From Eledone cirrhosa (lineage: Eukaryota): 64,000 bases of DNA. The first letter of the stretch is position 1, and every line of letters begins with the position of its first letter. The stretch covers positions 47,802,001 through 47,866,000 of the forward strand of contig OZ024750.1 in NCBI GenBank assembly GCA_964016885.1, given 5' to 3'. The notes beneath the pieces were generated by a model. That model was not told the origin of the DNA. It made no database searches and saw only the letters and a program-made list of their open reading frames with translations. A program made the translations under genes and the position numbers. This document shows, piece by piece, positions 1-16,244 of the stretch.

Positions 1-176
1 AAGCATTGCTATTACGTCTGTGATCTTAACACTGCTCCATTATCATGATAAACGATAGAGATCTGAAGCGTTCAATCATTTTATGTCGTCATAAGGAAAA
101 CTCGATCAACGAACAACGTCTTGATATAACAACGATCTAACAACGACAATACCAATTACTACTACTACTATATACT

Positions 177-600
<424 letters not shown>

Positions 601-1219
601 TACGTGCACCAATATATATAGGAACAGACATATATGGTATGGTCAATGTGAAAAATGGTTTTCCCTTGGAAAAAAAATCTACAGTGACTACTTATATAAT
701 AAATCTGACGTGATCTTAGACATTTTGATCCTCGATTCTTTAGACATTTTTTACCACCATTTTGATCTGCTATGGATAGTATATAGCATATAATAAAATC
801 CTAAATTATTAAACACTATATACGGTGCTGAATACGTAACTAGGTTTGTTAAAAGGAACGAAAGAACATTGATGTAATATAAATCAGAGAAGCGATCAAT
901 GGAATGGAAATGGCGTAAACCTGTTGGAATAAATTGACATGTAATGCTACCTTTTCATCTCAACATCTTTCCGACTCTATATAGTTATATATATATATAT
1001 ATATTGGTATAGTGATTACTCTCCCCTTACAGACACGCACACACACGCACACACACGCACACACACGCATATATATATATACACACATAAAACACATACA
1101 CACACATACACAGAAACAAGCAGATGCACACCCGCACATCCACACAAACTAACACGCACACATACGCCCACCCACACGCACGCATAGACGCACACACGCA
1201 CACTCACACATAAGCACAC

Positions 1220-1308
<89 letters not shown>

Positions 1309-1519
1309 CAGCTGGAAAGCGTTTGCGGGGAGAATTATAACCGCTATTAACTGTATTTAAACTTCCGTCTGACGCGTATAATCAATTGCTTTGAAAATAT
1401 ATATACCAACAAATTAAACGAGCTTTTATACAAAAATATAGTAGCCGAAATATTGTGGTAGACGCCTTTTGTTCCGATATATTTTGAATGAAACACTTCT
1501 AATAATGTACAAGCCATTC

Positions 1520-1608
<89 letters not shown>

Positions 1609-1956
1609 CACACACACACACACACATATATATTTTATCCTGAGTTGGTTTTCTCGTTGCTTTGGTCCTTGCGGCTGGCTTAGCGATCGCAGTCACCAAT
1701 TTGCCAAGCTGTCTAAACGTAATGTTAATACTCTAAGGTAAAATACATTACTGAGTGCTTAGCTGCGATTCCCAGTGCCTTCGTTAGCATGACTGCAGCC
1801 AGTGCGCGAACCTGCTGAACTTCCATTTGTACATATATACACATATATATGAATCGACTATTGGTATTTAAAAGTTATATATATATATACAAGAAAATTT
1901 CGCTCTTCTTGGCTAAATACAATAAATGTAATCTGAGTTTTTCGAATATTAATAAT

Positions 1957-2143
1957 TGTTTCTACGTTAGGCACAAGGCCAGCAAATACCCAGTGCATTA
2001 CTGGTACTTTATTTTATCGACTCCGTAAGGATGAAAGGCAAAGTCAACCTGGGCGGGATTTGAACTCAGATCGTAAAGAGACGTAACTATGCTGGTAAGC
2101 ATGGCGTCCGATAGTCTACCGATACTGCCAATCCAACGCCCTA
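1957..2143 (-). mobile_element. tRNA-derived SINE (family A, Meta-domain-like core) with 17-bp TSD
   Basis: Minus strand has A-box TGGCAGTATCGG, B-box GAGTTCAAATCC, core gcctttcatccttacggagtcgataaaataaagtaccag and tail ccttgtgcc..agaaacaatt; TSD tttcgaatattaataat at 1940-1956 and 2144-2160. Confidence 0.92.
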
Positions 2144-2519
2144 TTTCGAATATTAATAATAGCATTCGATTCGTTTGACATGAGTATAACATTGAGGCTT
2201 GTTTGCATAATTGCAAACGAATCGAATGTTATTATTAATATTCAAACAACTCAGATTACATATATTGTATTCAGCCATGTAGGGCGAAATTATCTTTTTT
2301 ATGTGAATTTGGTAAAGCGGCCATTTATCGCTCGTATAGAGGAAACTGACAGGCCAGTCTGCTGATATGCAAATCTGGTTGATCAGTGGATATGGTAATA
2401 TGCAGATATGACTGATCAGTCAGTCGGCTAATATGCAAATCAGTCCGATCAGTCACTGTGTAATTTTGAAAATAGCATATACTTTCACTAGCTCATACAG
2501 TTGGCAGGTGAACAGTGAG

Positions 2520-2563
2520 TTGTACTGATGAAGAGTGATACATATAAACATTACTGTCTGCAG
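2520..2563 (+). ncRNA. Degenerate type I hammerhead motif
   Basis: ttgta-CTGATGA-...-TAAA(for GAAA)-cattactg-TC-tgcag; stem I pairs, core mutated. Confidence 0.4.
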
Positions 2564-2702
2564 TTATGTTCTCATGCCAACACAAGAGCAAGAATTAAGT
2601 GTTCATTCTACTGACATGGCTATAACATTGAGGCTTGTTTGCATAATTGCAGACGAATCGAATGTTATTATTAATATTTGAAAATCGAAAAACTCAGATT
2701 AC

Positions 2703-2777
<75 letters not shown>

Positions 2778-2800
2778 TATATATATAAATATATATATAT

Positions 2801-2837
<37 letters not shown>

Positions 2838-4071
2838 ATACATTCATACATGCCTATGTTTATGATTCTATCTTTCTATATGCGGATATATATATATACC
2901 TTCGTGTATGCTTGCACAGGTTTCTAATTCAACCATCAAATTTCTCATTCAATCAAGAGGGAGTGGAATGTTGATGAAATTGTCTCCTGCACTTGACTGT
3001 CACTTTATCTTATTGCCTTCTAGCAAAGTTGAACAGTTGCATAATTCCTTCTCAGAATCTATGATAAATAACTATTTCAAACAATGGCTCAATGATAGTA
3101 ATTTAAGGGAAACAGAAATTGACCCCGTATTTAACTGGAACTTTATTTTATCGACTCCAGAAATATGAAAAGCAAATTTGAGCTCAGAGTGCAGATAACC
3201 AGAACAAATACTGCATAGTAGTATCTCCGAACTTTTGTCAACTCTCTCAATCGACCCTTCTATGTGTGTTAGATAATATACCCGAATATTGCTTCTAAAG
3301 TTCACCCTAATCGGTATTTTATAGTGCCATTAATAGAATAAATCCAAACGCTCGTAAATCAGCTATACATATAAGTAAAACATTAAAAACATTGAGCTAT
3401 AACAACGTTAGTGGATTTTATAAAATGCCAACACCATTTTGATTTTATACACAACCTGTATTTTGCCGTCATTCATAGCTAAATCTAATTGAAAATACAA
3501 ATAAATAATTCTCGAATATGATAAGACATTTTATGTAAAAATATCTATTCTAAATTCAACTTCAAATTTCATACTTTAGTAATATTATTTAATATTAAAA
3601 AAAAAAGTTTATATTTTCATGAAATCGATGTATGCCAAAATAAATCGATAAAAAGCTAGTAAATAAATTAAGATATTTTTTTCGTATAAATCAAGTAATG
3701 TGTTTATGGTTACTTAACAGACGAAACTCTTTAAAAGAGAATTTGGTTATAAGAAATATAGATCTTGACGAATATTTCTTCGGCATGTTATTGCGATCGC
3801 TGTCTAAGAATGGTAATTTCCTGATTAATATGAATGAGGGAAAAATCTATTAAGTTTTATTCGCCCCAAAGAAACATTTTTCTCATTCATATTAATAGGC
3901 AAATTACCGTTCCAAGATATCTACCCGATAAAAATAATGGGCAAAAAGAAAACCATATCTGTAATGATAAGACATTCTATGCTGATCACACATGTTCATA
4001 TGTAGGTAAAGAAGCATATAGACACATATATACAAATTCTCTCAGTGACACAAACACACACACACGCACAT

Positions 4072-4124
<53 letters not shown>

Positions 4125-4207
4125 AAGATGAAATAAAGATTGTTATAAGAGTTCCATATATATTTTATACGTATTTCGAATACAAAATTCTACAATATTA
4201 CTCACCT

Positions 4208-4267
<60 letters not shown>

Positions 4268-4316
4268 CATATGAGTGAAACTAATAGTATTTCATGTTTG
4301 TTCATCTCCTGTTCAT

Positions 4317-4396
<80 letters not shown>

Positions 4397-4547
4397 AGTA
4401 TGCGCTTTTACAAAAATACCTCTATTAACTATTTTGATATTTAACCGCCTGAAACAGTAACTGGTTTTAAGACACAAATTAAGATACACATTTATTCTAA
4501 AGTGCATATATTTATTTATCTTCGATCATCGTTTAATATATGAACAA

Positions 4548-4614
4548 GGACGGTGCCCCAGCATGGCCTCGAGCGGATGGCTGGAACAGGTAAAGGAGTA
4601 AAAGAGTAAAAGAG
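4548..4614 (+). mobile_element. 3'-tail fragment of a SINE/LINE
   Basis: ggtgccccagcatggcc...gaacaggtaaaggagtaaaagagtaaaagag: short tandem-repeat tail typical of a non-LTR 3' end. Confidence 0.45.
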
Positions 4615-5633
4615 AACCAGAGTAATGCTATAATCCGAAACAACAAAATATTGCGGAAGTCATGAATATTACAAGGTTCCTCGAAAATGTTTCTCCCACT
4701 TTGCTCCCTAGTTATTCCTAAAAATGCCCGTGTAGGGCTGGGGGAGGGTGAAGTACCTTACAGAATGTTCTATTAGTAGGAACTGTAAAATTCGTATTGT
4801 TCTCCAAATGAGATGTTATCCAAATATCCTACTGTAGATCCTTTCTTTTTTGGCGTTGTCCATAAAATCCCTCAAGCAGCTCTTTCTTGAACATTTTAAC
4901 TTCATGGCCCCTTTGCTATTGTTGCGGTGTCTCGGCACACAGAAGTAATTCTTTTTCATTTAAAATTATTTGAAAATGGCCTGAAGTATATTTGATTTGA
5001 AATATGCCAAAAAAGGTTAAAGATAATAATTAAATATGTCATATAATCATCCATAATGCATATCCATTTATATATTCCCGATCCAGTATGGGAGAAATTG
5101 ATTCCTGGAAAGTTTTCAACCCTTTTGCTAGAAACCGGAATAGATGGTATAGTATAATATTTCTCTCCCACTCTTGCTTGCTATCTTTCTCTCTCTCTAT
5201 CCTTCTCTATGCATCTATATCTCTTTCTCTCTTTCTCTCTCACTCTCTCTCTCTCTCTCCCCTCTCTCTCTATCTTTCTATCTGTATATATAATCACATA
5301 TATTTTTATTTCTTTGACCCGAATTACTTGATCGTTTTTGTGGCTGTGCGGATGATTGTTTAACCATCGTCTCAGTGTGTTTGGCCTCTAACGCTTGGTA
5401 TAGCTCTGGTTCATCTGAATCATTGAGCACTTCCCACACATCTCGGCGGTTTTTTTCGTTATTTCATTGGCCGAAATACGATTCTCGAGAATATATATAT
5501 AGTAATAATAATAAATTTGAAGACTAAAATCCAAAGAGAATAAGGATAAATATATATCAAATATATAAGAACCGTACAGCAAATATTTCACCCATGACGG
5601 TTGAAATCACCGATACGTTGCTTAAACGCTAAT

Positions 5634-5935
5634 CTGTTACTTTAATATATATATATATATATTTATATATATAAGTATGTACACGTGCATACATATATGT
5701 ATACAGACGTACTGTAGTATATATATATATATATATATATACATCCATGCATACATATATATATACGTACGTATGGATTCACCGAACATCTATTATAATG
5801 CTCGGTGTGTTTGTAAACAAACATCCCGTATTAAGCCGTAGTGTCTAGCAACCATCGTTACTCGTTTGTTCAACACTGACAAAGGAACGCTGTAGTAGTT
5901 TCAAGCTTATTAGCTATCGTCAGCAACGTATACCT
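5634..5935 (-). mobile_element. pLTR-like remnant carrying a hammerhead; second copy at 48796-49043 (+)
   Basis: 5634-5881 is the reverse complement of 48796-49043; HHR at 5887-5929. Confidence 0.7.
5887..5929 (-). ncRNA. Minimal type I hammerhead ribozyme motif
   Basis: Minus: acgttg-CTGACGA-t agct aata agct t-GAAA-ctac-TA-cagcgt; 6-bp stem I, 4-bp stem II, stem III one change from the palindrome ACTAGT. Confidence 0.7.
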
Positions 5936-6711
5936 TCCTGCCAGATGATTGAACGTATATACTTTTCTTATGCATATTAACGGCCCTGCCAATCCACTGC
6001 CGCTAATATACATAAAATAATTGTTTCTTATACAAATAATGACAAATATTTTAACATTATTTTATTATAACAGAATTCTTGCCACGAAAAAGTGTGCATT
6101 TTATTGAACATGAGAAGATGCTCTACTCATTTTCTGATCCCCTCCGTCTCCCCATCTTAACTTGTCTCTATTAAAAGACGTGCAACCTGAACACTTCTCA
6201 TTGGAAAAAATGTTGTGATACAGTCACTTCAAAATAATTTTTTTAAATATTTGATATGTATAAATAATACTTATCAACTATTATACTATTTACTGGCGTC
6301 GTGGCGACGACATTTTGTAATTTTCTAATATCCACAATATTCCTAATGCAACCAATCGTTGTCCGAAACACTGATATATTACAAAGAGATGGTCATATGT
6401 CCAAAAAAGAAGAACAACATAACAGAATACAGAACACAAGTTAAGAAGGACGCGAGTTAGTTATTAAGATAATAAACAATTTTAGACCTAGACATATCAA
6501 AAACATTGAAAACATCCTACAGAATTCTTAATCAAATAAATGATAAAGATTTATTCTTGTCTCGTCAAATAAGATGTTGTTTCACAGAAACAATGGTTCT
6601 TTGATATGTTTTCTTTTGTTTTCTTTTGGTTTATCTTCCTGGTTTTGTACCTAATGAAGTCGTTGTCTAACTAGATGAACTTCAGTAGACTTATTGATGG
6701 AGCACCACTTT

Positions 6712-7035
<324 letters not shown>

Positions 7036-7787
7036 ATCTTTCAAAGTTGTGTGAGAGAGAAATAGGAAATTAAATCCGATGAAGATGTCGAAGAAAGATA
7101 CAAAGAAGAAGCAATCAACTATTGTGGTTGGTTTATTATTATTATTATTATTATGACTATTATTATATATCTTATGATCTCTCTGTTAAAGGAAAATAAG
7201 AAGAGAAAATTAATTATTCTTACCGTAGTTTGAAACCTTGTTAAGAAATAAACTGACCTGAAGAAGAAGAAAAAAGAACTAGATTAAAATTAGGATAGAA
7301 TCAATTAAGATTGCTACAACGAAATTAAATATTTGAACAAGGATGAGCGAAGCTCTCTGTTTAAATTATTTCAGACATAATATATTTCAAACGCACACAA
7401 ATGTATATATATAGTGTCAGTGAAAGAGAGATAAAAACTGGAGAGACAGAGGGAACGAGAAAGAGTTTCATTATAGAAGGGAGAATAAAAGAACAAAAGA
7501 ACGTACATGGATTTAAATTTGAAGCAAAATTATTCAAAAGATAAGAAACAATCTAGTCTTATATATTATTCAACTCAGATAGAACAATATATAAAGAAAT
7601 TGAAAATGTATTTAGTGTCTTCAAAAAGTTTTATTTAACATAAATTTACCCTATTTCATGATTTTTAAATGTTTAGTGAAAACGGCATATTTGTTGCAAA
7701 TACATCTTACTGAATACTACAATGCTATGTACCACAAGTTATTTACTTCCCGCCCGTCCCATCAATCTATCTGATTTGTCATTCTTT

Positions 7788-7821
7788 CTTCTGATAAAGG
7801 TCTAGCGTCCGAAACATTAAG
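7788..7821 (+). ncRNA. Degenerate minimal hammerhead (PLE type)
   Basis: ctt-CTGATAA-agg tctagcgt cc-GAAAC-ATT-aag; resembles the CTGANGAAGG..CCGAAACGTH minimal motif with G>A decay. Confidence 0.45.
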
Positions 7822-7906
7822 TCCCTCTCCCTGCTATTTCAATCATTAACCTAATATATTCCTTCCATATACTGTACCGATAGTGTTTATATTTCTGTTT
7901 ACCTTT

Positions 7907-7956
<50 letters not shown>

Positions 7957-8538
7957 TGTGTGTATGTGTATGTATATATATATCTATATATATATACGTG
8001 TATGAATGCATGTATGTATTTTTATATATGCAAAACTAATTCAGATAACGAGTTTTTAAACGCGAGTGTATTAGAATTCCTACGAAACTAGTACACTTCG
8101 GAGGCTGTAACACACCGTTCAAGGACAAAAAACAGCGGCTCGGAGAATTGATGGTCAGAAATTGAATGTTCTGACTGAAATGACTGCAAAGGATAAATAT
8201 TTAAGTCAAATAGTCGAAACTGCAGCTGTTCTGAAATATGACGAATGTAATTAAATGTCATCTCTCCACATTCATTATATTTATTCCTTCCAACTAACTC
8301 TGAGCCGCTTATTTCTGGCCTTCTGGAAATATTTTACCTATCACCGTTTCGACAGCATTTTGCCGTTCTAACAGCTTCCTGGCACCAATATTTTCCATTT
8401 CCCTACGTATTCTATATACGAGGACGTACTGGAAAAAAAAACAACACAGTACCTTCGAAATATATATAATAAAGCTTATATTTTGATTATGTGAATATCT
8501 TCATTCATTAATATTGTGAATAATATATATATATAAAT

Positions 8539-9416
<878 letters not shown>

Positions 9417-9428
9417 GGGGGGGGGGGG

Positions 9429-9475
<47 letters not shown>

Positions 9476-9638
9476 CGCGCGTGTGCGTGTGTATGTGTAT
9501 GTGTGTGTGCGTGTATGTCTAGGTGTGTTAAGTGATTCCGAAGAAAAAGCCAAAGAAAAATAGTCCTTTATATATAGAACAGAGCTATTTAATTAGATAG
9601 TGAACAATAGGTATACATTGTGTTGTTCACTTTCTAGT

Positions 9639-9727
<89 letters not shown>

Positions 9728-9731
<4 letters not shown>

Positions 9732-10467
9732 AATATAGTGTACATAGGTGAGACACCTCATAGTATAGGAGAACTGATAAATGAACACTGGCGAGAGTAT
9801 CAAGATAGTGAAGAATCATCCGTACTCCACCAACATGCTAAAATAGAACATAAGGGTAAATTAGAGAACGTAGAAATAAAAATAGAATCTACACACAGAA
9901 AATACGCAATGCTTTGACAAATCACAGAGGCAATAAACATAAATGAACTCCAACCAAAGTTAAATAGAAAACATGAATAGGAACAGCAACATCGAGACTT
10001 ACAATTATGGCCAACATGAAAACTCACACACACACGGAACAAACAAACAAACAGTAACATGTAAGTAAACAAATAAGTAAACAAATATAAACACACACAG
10101 ACACCCGGATGTAACACATGCGCTAACTAAGCACACAACACACACAAAAATAAGATAGCGTAGGACAGCACAAAGGAGAGGCATATAAATAAAGAAAATA
10201 ATCCACATTCACTGAAGAGGTCACATAATGTGTGACGAAACAACTTTGACAATATATGAACAATCGTCTGGTTGTGGAACCAACCAACACACCGGAAACT
10301 TATAAATGCCTAAATGTATGAATTTAATTTATAATAAATTGAAGTGAAAGCAACGGGTTCGTGTGTTTCTTATTGGCAACATGACCCTCCCAAAGTATAA
10401 CAATATCGGTTTCAACACACGTGTTCAGATAAATAATATTGCTAAACAAATTCAGAAACGAAATTTA
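9728..10467 (+). mobile_element. Penelope-like element 3' fragment: GIY-YIG endonuclease remnant + pLTR with degenerate HHR (10208-10250)
   Basis: KNIVYIGET..SIGE.INEH..SSVLHQH..*QITEA..PKLN; homologous to 50976-52207; CTGAAGA-g gtcaca..tgtgac-GAAA. Confidence 0.9.
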
Positions 10468-10629
10468 TATATATATATTGTCAAGTAAGAATACGTCTCA
10501 TATAAAATAATACAATCAGCTATCCACGAAATACTGATTAGTTAGCACCCCAAACACTAACTTGGGAAAATACTTAGGTATATCCTAATGTTTGTTGACT
10601 GAGATGGAGTTGGACAGAGTATCGCTTAA

Positions 10630-10937
10630 GCATATATATGTGTAGGTATGTATATTCCCTCTGATAGTTTGTAAACATTTTACATATATCTATATGATAT
10701 ACATACCAACACAAACATATATATCCTAGAAACGATCGTAAAATGATGAATTTTTTAATATAAGGAACTGTTTCTTTGTGTTTATTCAATATTTTTATTA
10801 ATTTATCTTGACTCTGTTTTCCTGTATTTTTCATCTGAAAAATATTTTTGAATACATCTTCTCTTTTCATGATATTCGGATTAGATTGAGTTCTTCATAC
10901 GGATTGGACACTACCGTATATTTTGGTAGATTTATCT

Positions 10938-10938
<1 letters not shown>
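10630..10938 (+). mobile_element. pLTR remnant of the long-stem-II HHR family, 5' truncated inside stem II
   Basis: Homologous to 19131-19324 and to the reverse complement of 11867-12212; retains GAAAcgatcgTA but lacks CTGAAGA. Confidence 0.75.
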
Positions 10939-11014
<76 letters not shown>

Positions 11015-11615
11015 TGATGTTAGCTAAGAAGCGTCCATGGGCGGCATGTCGGGTGAGAACTCTATATTCTTACAGAGCAGAGTGTGATATAATATAACAC
11101 GAAAACATTAGTAATGCATCTGATCTAAATTTAGTGTGTGCTACAACTGTTTCGCCGGCGGACAAATCGAGACTCCATCATTGTGTCAATCTATCTCATG
11201 CTGGATCTGCAGGTTCGTCGTACACTTCTAATAACTTCGGATCAAATTTTCTCACTGGGGTGTTCGAGTCAAAAACATCCTCTTCGCTCGTCCTACTATT
11301 GGCTGTTGGTTTTCCTGTCACACTTCAATGAATCCCTGGTGGGTTTGGTTGTTCTCACGTCCACGCGCGCACTCACACACAATCATATAAATAACAAAAT
11401 CCGTACGCACATACTCCTGCTATACATACGCACCCAAAGAGAACCCACAAAACTATAGACATGCACGTCCACAGACGCCTGCCTACATGCCCACGTACTT
11501 CAACTCACACACACGGATATATATATATATATACTATATATGTATTAGTATATATATATATACATATATACACTGTATATATATATATATATATATATAG
11601 TTTTAATATAGATGC

Positions 11616-11664
11616 GATTCTACAGGACTATAACTGTTTCATTCATTAGAAATCATCAGGAATC
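11616..11664 (-). ncRNA. Type I hammerhead ribozyme motif, intact core
   Basis: Minus: gattc-CTGATGA-t ttc taat gaa t-GAAA-cag ttatagtc ctg-TA-gaatc; same family as 15923-16046; lies in pLTR remnant 11598-11830. Confidence 0.8.
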
Positions 11665-11826
11665 TGGGTATCAAAAAATAAATATGGTATTTATAGGTCT
11701 CTACAAGTGGTAGGAGAGGGTGGGGAGTGGGATGGGTGCAGGTCATTGGTTGATAGAAAAGGGAATTCATTAAAAGCTAATTCTACAAAGCTATAGTTAA
11801 TTCGGAATAATTCAACCCGGAATAAC

Positions 11827-11866
<40 letters not shown>

Positions 11867-11869
<3 letters not shown>

Positions 11870-12283
11870 GATAAATCTACCAAGAGTTTACGGTAGCGTC
11901 CAATCCGTATGGAGAACTCAATGTAGTCCGGATATCATGGAAAGAAGAGATGCAATGAAAAATCACTTTCGGTGAAAGATAAACGGAATACAGAGTCAAG
12001 ATAAAATATTTAAAAAATAATGAATAAAACAATGAAACAGTTCCTTATATTAAACAAAAAAAGTTCATTATTTAACGATCGTTTCTAGGATATATATGTG
12101 TTAGAATTGGCATGCATATTCAACAGATCTATGTACAAAATTATACAAAATTATACAAACTATCAAGATTAAATATACATACCAAACACACATATATGCC
12201 GTCTTCAGAAATTTTTTTTTTTTTTTTTTTTTGTTTGTTTAATATAAGGAACTGTTTCATTGTTTTATTCATTATTTTTTTAA
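11867..12283 (-). mobile_element. pLTR remnant with long-stem-II HHR (12070-12212) and an inverted arm (~12236-12283)
   Basis: Minus attt-CTGAAGA-~115 nt-GAAA-cgatcg-TT-aaat; 12236-12283 is the reverse complement of ~12008-12056. Confidence 0.8.
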
Positions 12284-12287
12284 TATT

Positions 12288-13485
<1,198 letters not shown>

Positions 13486-13488
<3 letters not shown>

Positions 13489-14085
13489 TTAGGGAAGCAG
13501 ATAGTTGCTTATTGTGATCCAGTTCGTGGTTAAGAAAGCCAGTTTCATACACGGTTTCAACGTACCCTTAGGGGTAACTACACAAGTTTGTAAGAATTCC
13601 GTTCAATATTGGAGTATAAAGTATAAAAGAGAAAACACAGATAGGCATTAAGAGAATGATGTTATACAGGTATTTACGACCGTTTCATTGGTAAGTGCAA
13701 CCTTATATTGCTATACTGCAAATAGAAGCCACTCAATGCTAATTGTTGTTCACGTCCAAATTTTCAAACTAGTGAGTATGTTACCCTTGAACAGTTCTTA
13801 ATATATAGAGAAACACATTTTTGGGGGAATTGTATTTACTAGTATAGAGAGAGAGGAAGAGGAATCAGAAAGTGAGGGGACAAACGGAATAGTATAGATA
13901 CAGAGGAAGTGGGAGAAGTGTTAGTAAGTAGAGAGACAAACTGAGATGGAGTGAGGGGTAGAGTGCAAGTATTATTTGATTAATTTTGATATGTAGACTT
14001 CATGTCGGTGATTGTAGTGAGTTAAAGAGAATTAAATTGATCATAGTGGGAGGGATGGAGAGAGAGAGAGAAAGAGAAGGGATAG

Positions 14086-14135
<50 letters not shown>

Positions 14136-14597
14136 AAGATAAAACTAGTAATGATAAAAATAAACGTAAAGAAGGGGGGTGGGTGGGGAAGAAAGAAGAA
14201 AATAAAAGATAGCCAAAAAGGGGAGGGAAGAAAGGAAGAAAACGATAAGAAAAAGAAGACGAATGAAGGTGAAGGGAGGGAGACAGGTATTGGTTTTGTG
14301 GGTAATTAAAGGGGTTAGATAAAATAAGAGGGTATAAAATCTAAGTATATGCAGCTTGTTAGTTGGTAGTACGTGGTAAAGTGTTCGATTTGTACTCGTA
14401 GGGCGAAAATCTTTCTTTGAGGCAACGGTTACAATAAATTGAACTTTCGATTTTATTGTTGAGTAACTTATTCTTCGAACTCAAAATGTGGAACAACTCA
14501 ATGTCACATAATCGACAGCTTGTCATACCACTCCGATATAGGGGCGCGTTCGATAATCTTTTCCACTTCAGTGTGTATTGAAGGTTACTTTCCCATC
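13486..14597 (-). mobile_element. Penelope-like element 3' end (pLTR, 3'UTR, C-terminal ORF remnant)
   Basis: Colinear with 42485-43540; minus strand encodes ..CDIELFHILSSKNKLLNNKIESSIYCNR.. Confidence 0.9.
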
Positions 14598-14609
14598 GAC
14601 TCGGTCAAT

Positions 14610-14866
14610 TCACAGATTTAGTAGGTATTTACATAGCCCATAGTTTAGAGAGTGAGTTTAGCGACCTTCACGATGGAATCTACAGAGACGACGCCCTTCT
14701 CCTAGTTAAGAACCTAAATAACCAGAGCATAGAAAGACTCCGTATGAATATTAGAATGACTCTCGGGAAATAAATAAGGCCTTAGCATAACGTATGAGTA
14801 TAGTAAAACATTTAACTTTCTAGACGCGACGCTTAACGGGACGCTTAACCTATATACGGGACTGAT
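14610..14866 (+). pseudogene. Inverted PLE RT core fragment (YRDD)
   Basis: TDLVGIYIAHSLESEFSDLHDGIYRDDALLLVKNLNNQSIERLR; homologous to ~44450-44692 (-). Confidence 0.88.
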
Positions 14867-15021
14867 TTTTTACATACTTGACCTCCTTTTCAACACAGGA
14901 GACATATAGAAAACATATGTATATATTGAACCACAGTGGGTGACATCTTTATAATAATATAGCATGGGAATTTACATAAAAAAATTACAGTCATATTAAA
15001 GGACAAAATTAAAGTTAAAAT

Positions 15022-15081
<60 letters not shown>

Positions 15082-15311
15082 CATAATTTTAACTTAAATT
15101 TTAACTTAAGTTAAAATTATGTATATATATATATATATATATATATACATAATTTTAACTTTAATTTTGTCCTTTAATATGACTGTAATTTTTTTATGTA
15201 AATTCCCATGCTATATTATTATAATGGATGTCAACCCGCTGTGGGTCAATATATACATATGTTTCTATATGTCTCTTGTGTTGAAAAGGAGGTCAAGTAT
15301 GTAAAAAATCA
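14863..15311. repeat. ~165-bp inverted repeat (14863-15030 / 15145-15311) around TA tracts and an inner mini-palindrome
   Basis: tgattttttacatacttgacctcc... versus ...ggaggtcaagtatgtaaaaaatca; both arms give near-identical ORF translations on opposite strands. Confidence 0.93.
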
Positions 15312-15319
15312 CTAAATAA

Positions 15320-15368
15320 TTGCTCCGAAGAAACCAAACCTCGGTTTGGAGGAAACAATTGTAAGCAA
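15320..15368 (+). ncRNA. Type I hammerhead motif (CCGAAGA core variant)
   Basis: ttgct-CCGAAGA-aa ccaaac ctcg gtttgg ag-GAAA-caattg-TA-agcaa; 5-bp stem I, 6-bp stem II, palindromic ACAATTGT stem III. Confidence 0.7.
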
Positions 15369-15378
15369 ATAAATGATT

Positions 15379-15446
<68 letters not shown>

Positions 15447-15449
15447 TAT

Positions 15450-15621
<172 letters not shown>

Positions 15622-15661
15622 TATATATATACACGGTATATATGTATATATATATATATAT

Positions 15662-15878
15662 AGACGCGTGGCTTAGTGGTTAGAGAATAGGGTTCACAAT
15701 CTTGAGGTTGTGAGTTCGATTCATGGACCAGTTGATGCGTTAGGTCCTTGAATAAAGAACTTTGTTTCACGATGCTCGTTGTAGCTGGATGTGCCACCGG
15801 TATATGGCATTAGTAATTAGTAATACCAATGGAAACATTGTCTCTTCGGTCCGATCAGACGAATGTCAATCGAATCCT
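15662..15878 (+). mobile_element. tRNA-derived SINE (family B, CORE-like centre)
   Basis: A-box TGGCTTAGTGG, B-box GAGTTCGATTC, gtccttga..aagaactttgtttcacg; homologous to 35068-35286 (-). Confidence 0.85.
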
Positions 15879-15900
15879 ATATATATATATATATATTTTT

Positions 15901-16135
15901 ATTTTTTTATTTTATAGAAGGAAACTTCTACAGGACTAGTACTGTTTCATTCAGATGAAATCTTCAGGAAGCTGGGTGTCAAGCTGATGACACCCAGCTT
16001 CCTGAAGATTTCATCTGAATGAAACAGTACTAGTCCTGTAGAAGTTCCTTCTATAAAATAAAAAAAATTTACTCTGCCATGTATTGAGTACCTTACTTAC
16101 TGTGGTTATCCCCGACTCAACCCGGGACCTACGTG
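15901..16135 (+). mobile_element. Fold-back pLTR remnant with two back-to-back hammerheads (15923-15973 minus, 15996-16046 plus)
   Basis: ~80-bp arms 15901-15981 / 15988-16066 with 6-nt spacer; agcttc-CTGAAGA-t ttca tc tgaa t-GAAA-cag tactagtc ctg-TA-gaagtt; unique tail to 16135. Confidence 0.88.
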
Positions 16136-16244
16136 TATATATATATATTATATATATATAATATATATTATATATAATATATATATATATCTTAGATATT
16201 CCATATAAAAGAAAACGTCACGACTATAGGAGTCCGATCACCTA

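Larger units (their letters stand above)
1891..2706 (+). mobile_element. Non-coding PLE-like mini-element: inverted partial repeat + two direct repeats; interrupted by a SINE
   Basis: gacatg..ataacattgaggcttgtttgcataattgca..actcagattacat occurs at ~2177-2261 and ~2613-2704; its reverse complement occupies 1926-1956 + 2161-2177; TA tracts on both sides; related copy at 50258-50752. Confidence 0.65.

Noticed and set aside
11135-11225. Minus-strand HHR-like motif (GAAAcagttgTA); similar weak cases at 8063-8099, 55985-56005 and 56140-56200
   Set aside because: CUGANGA box is missing or multiply mutated; too degenerate to call
15662-15730. tRNA gene
   Set aside because: A/B boxes continue into a SINE body found in several copies; no complete cloverleaf
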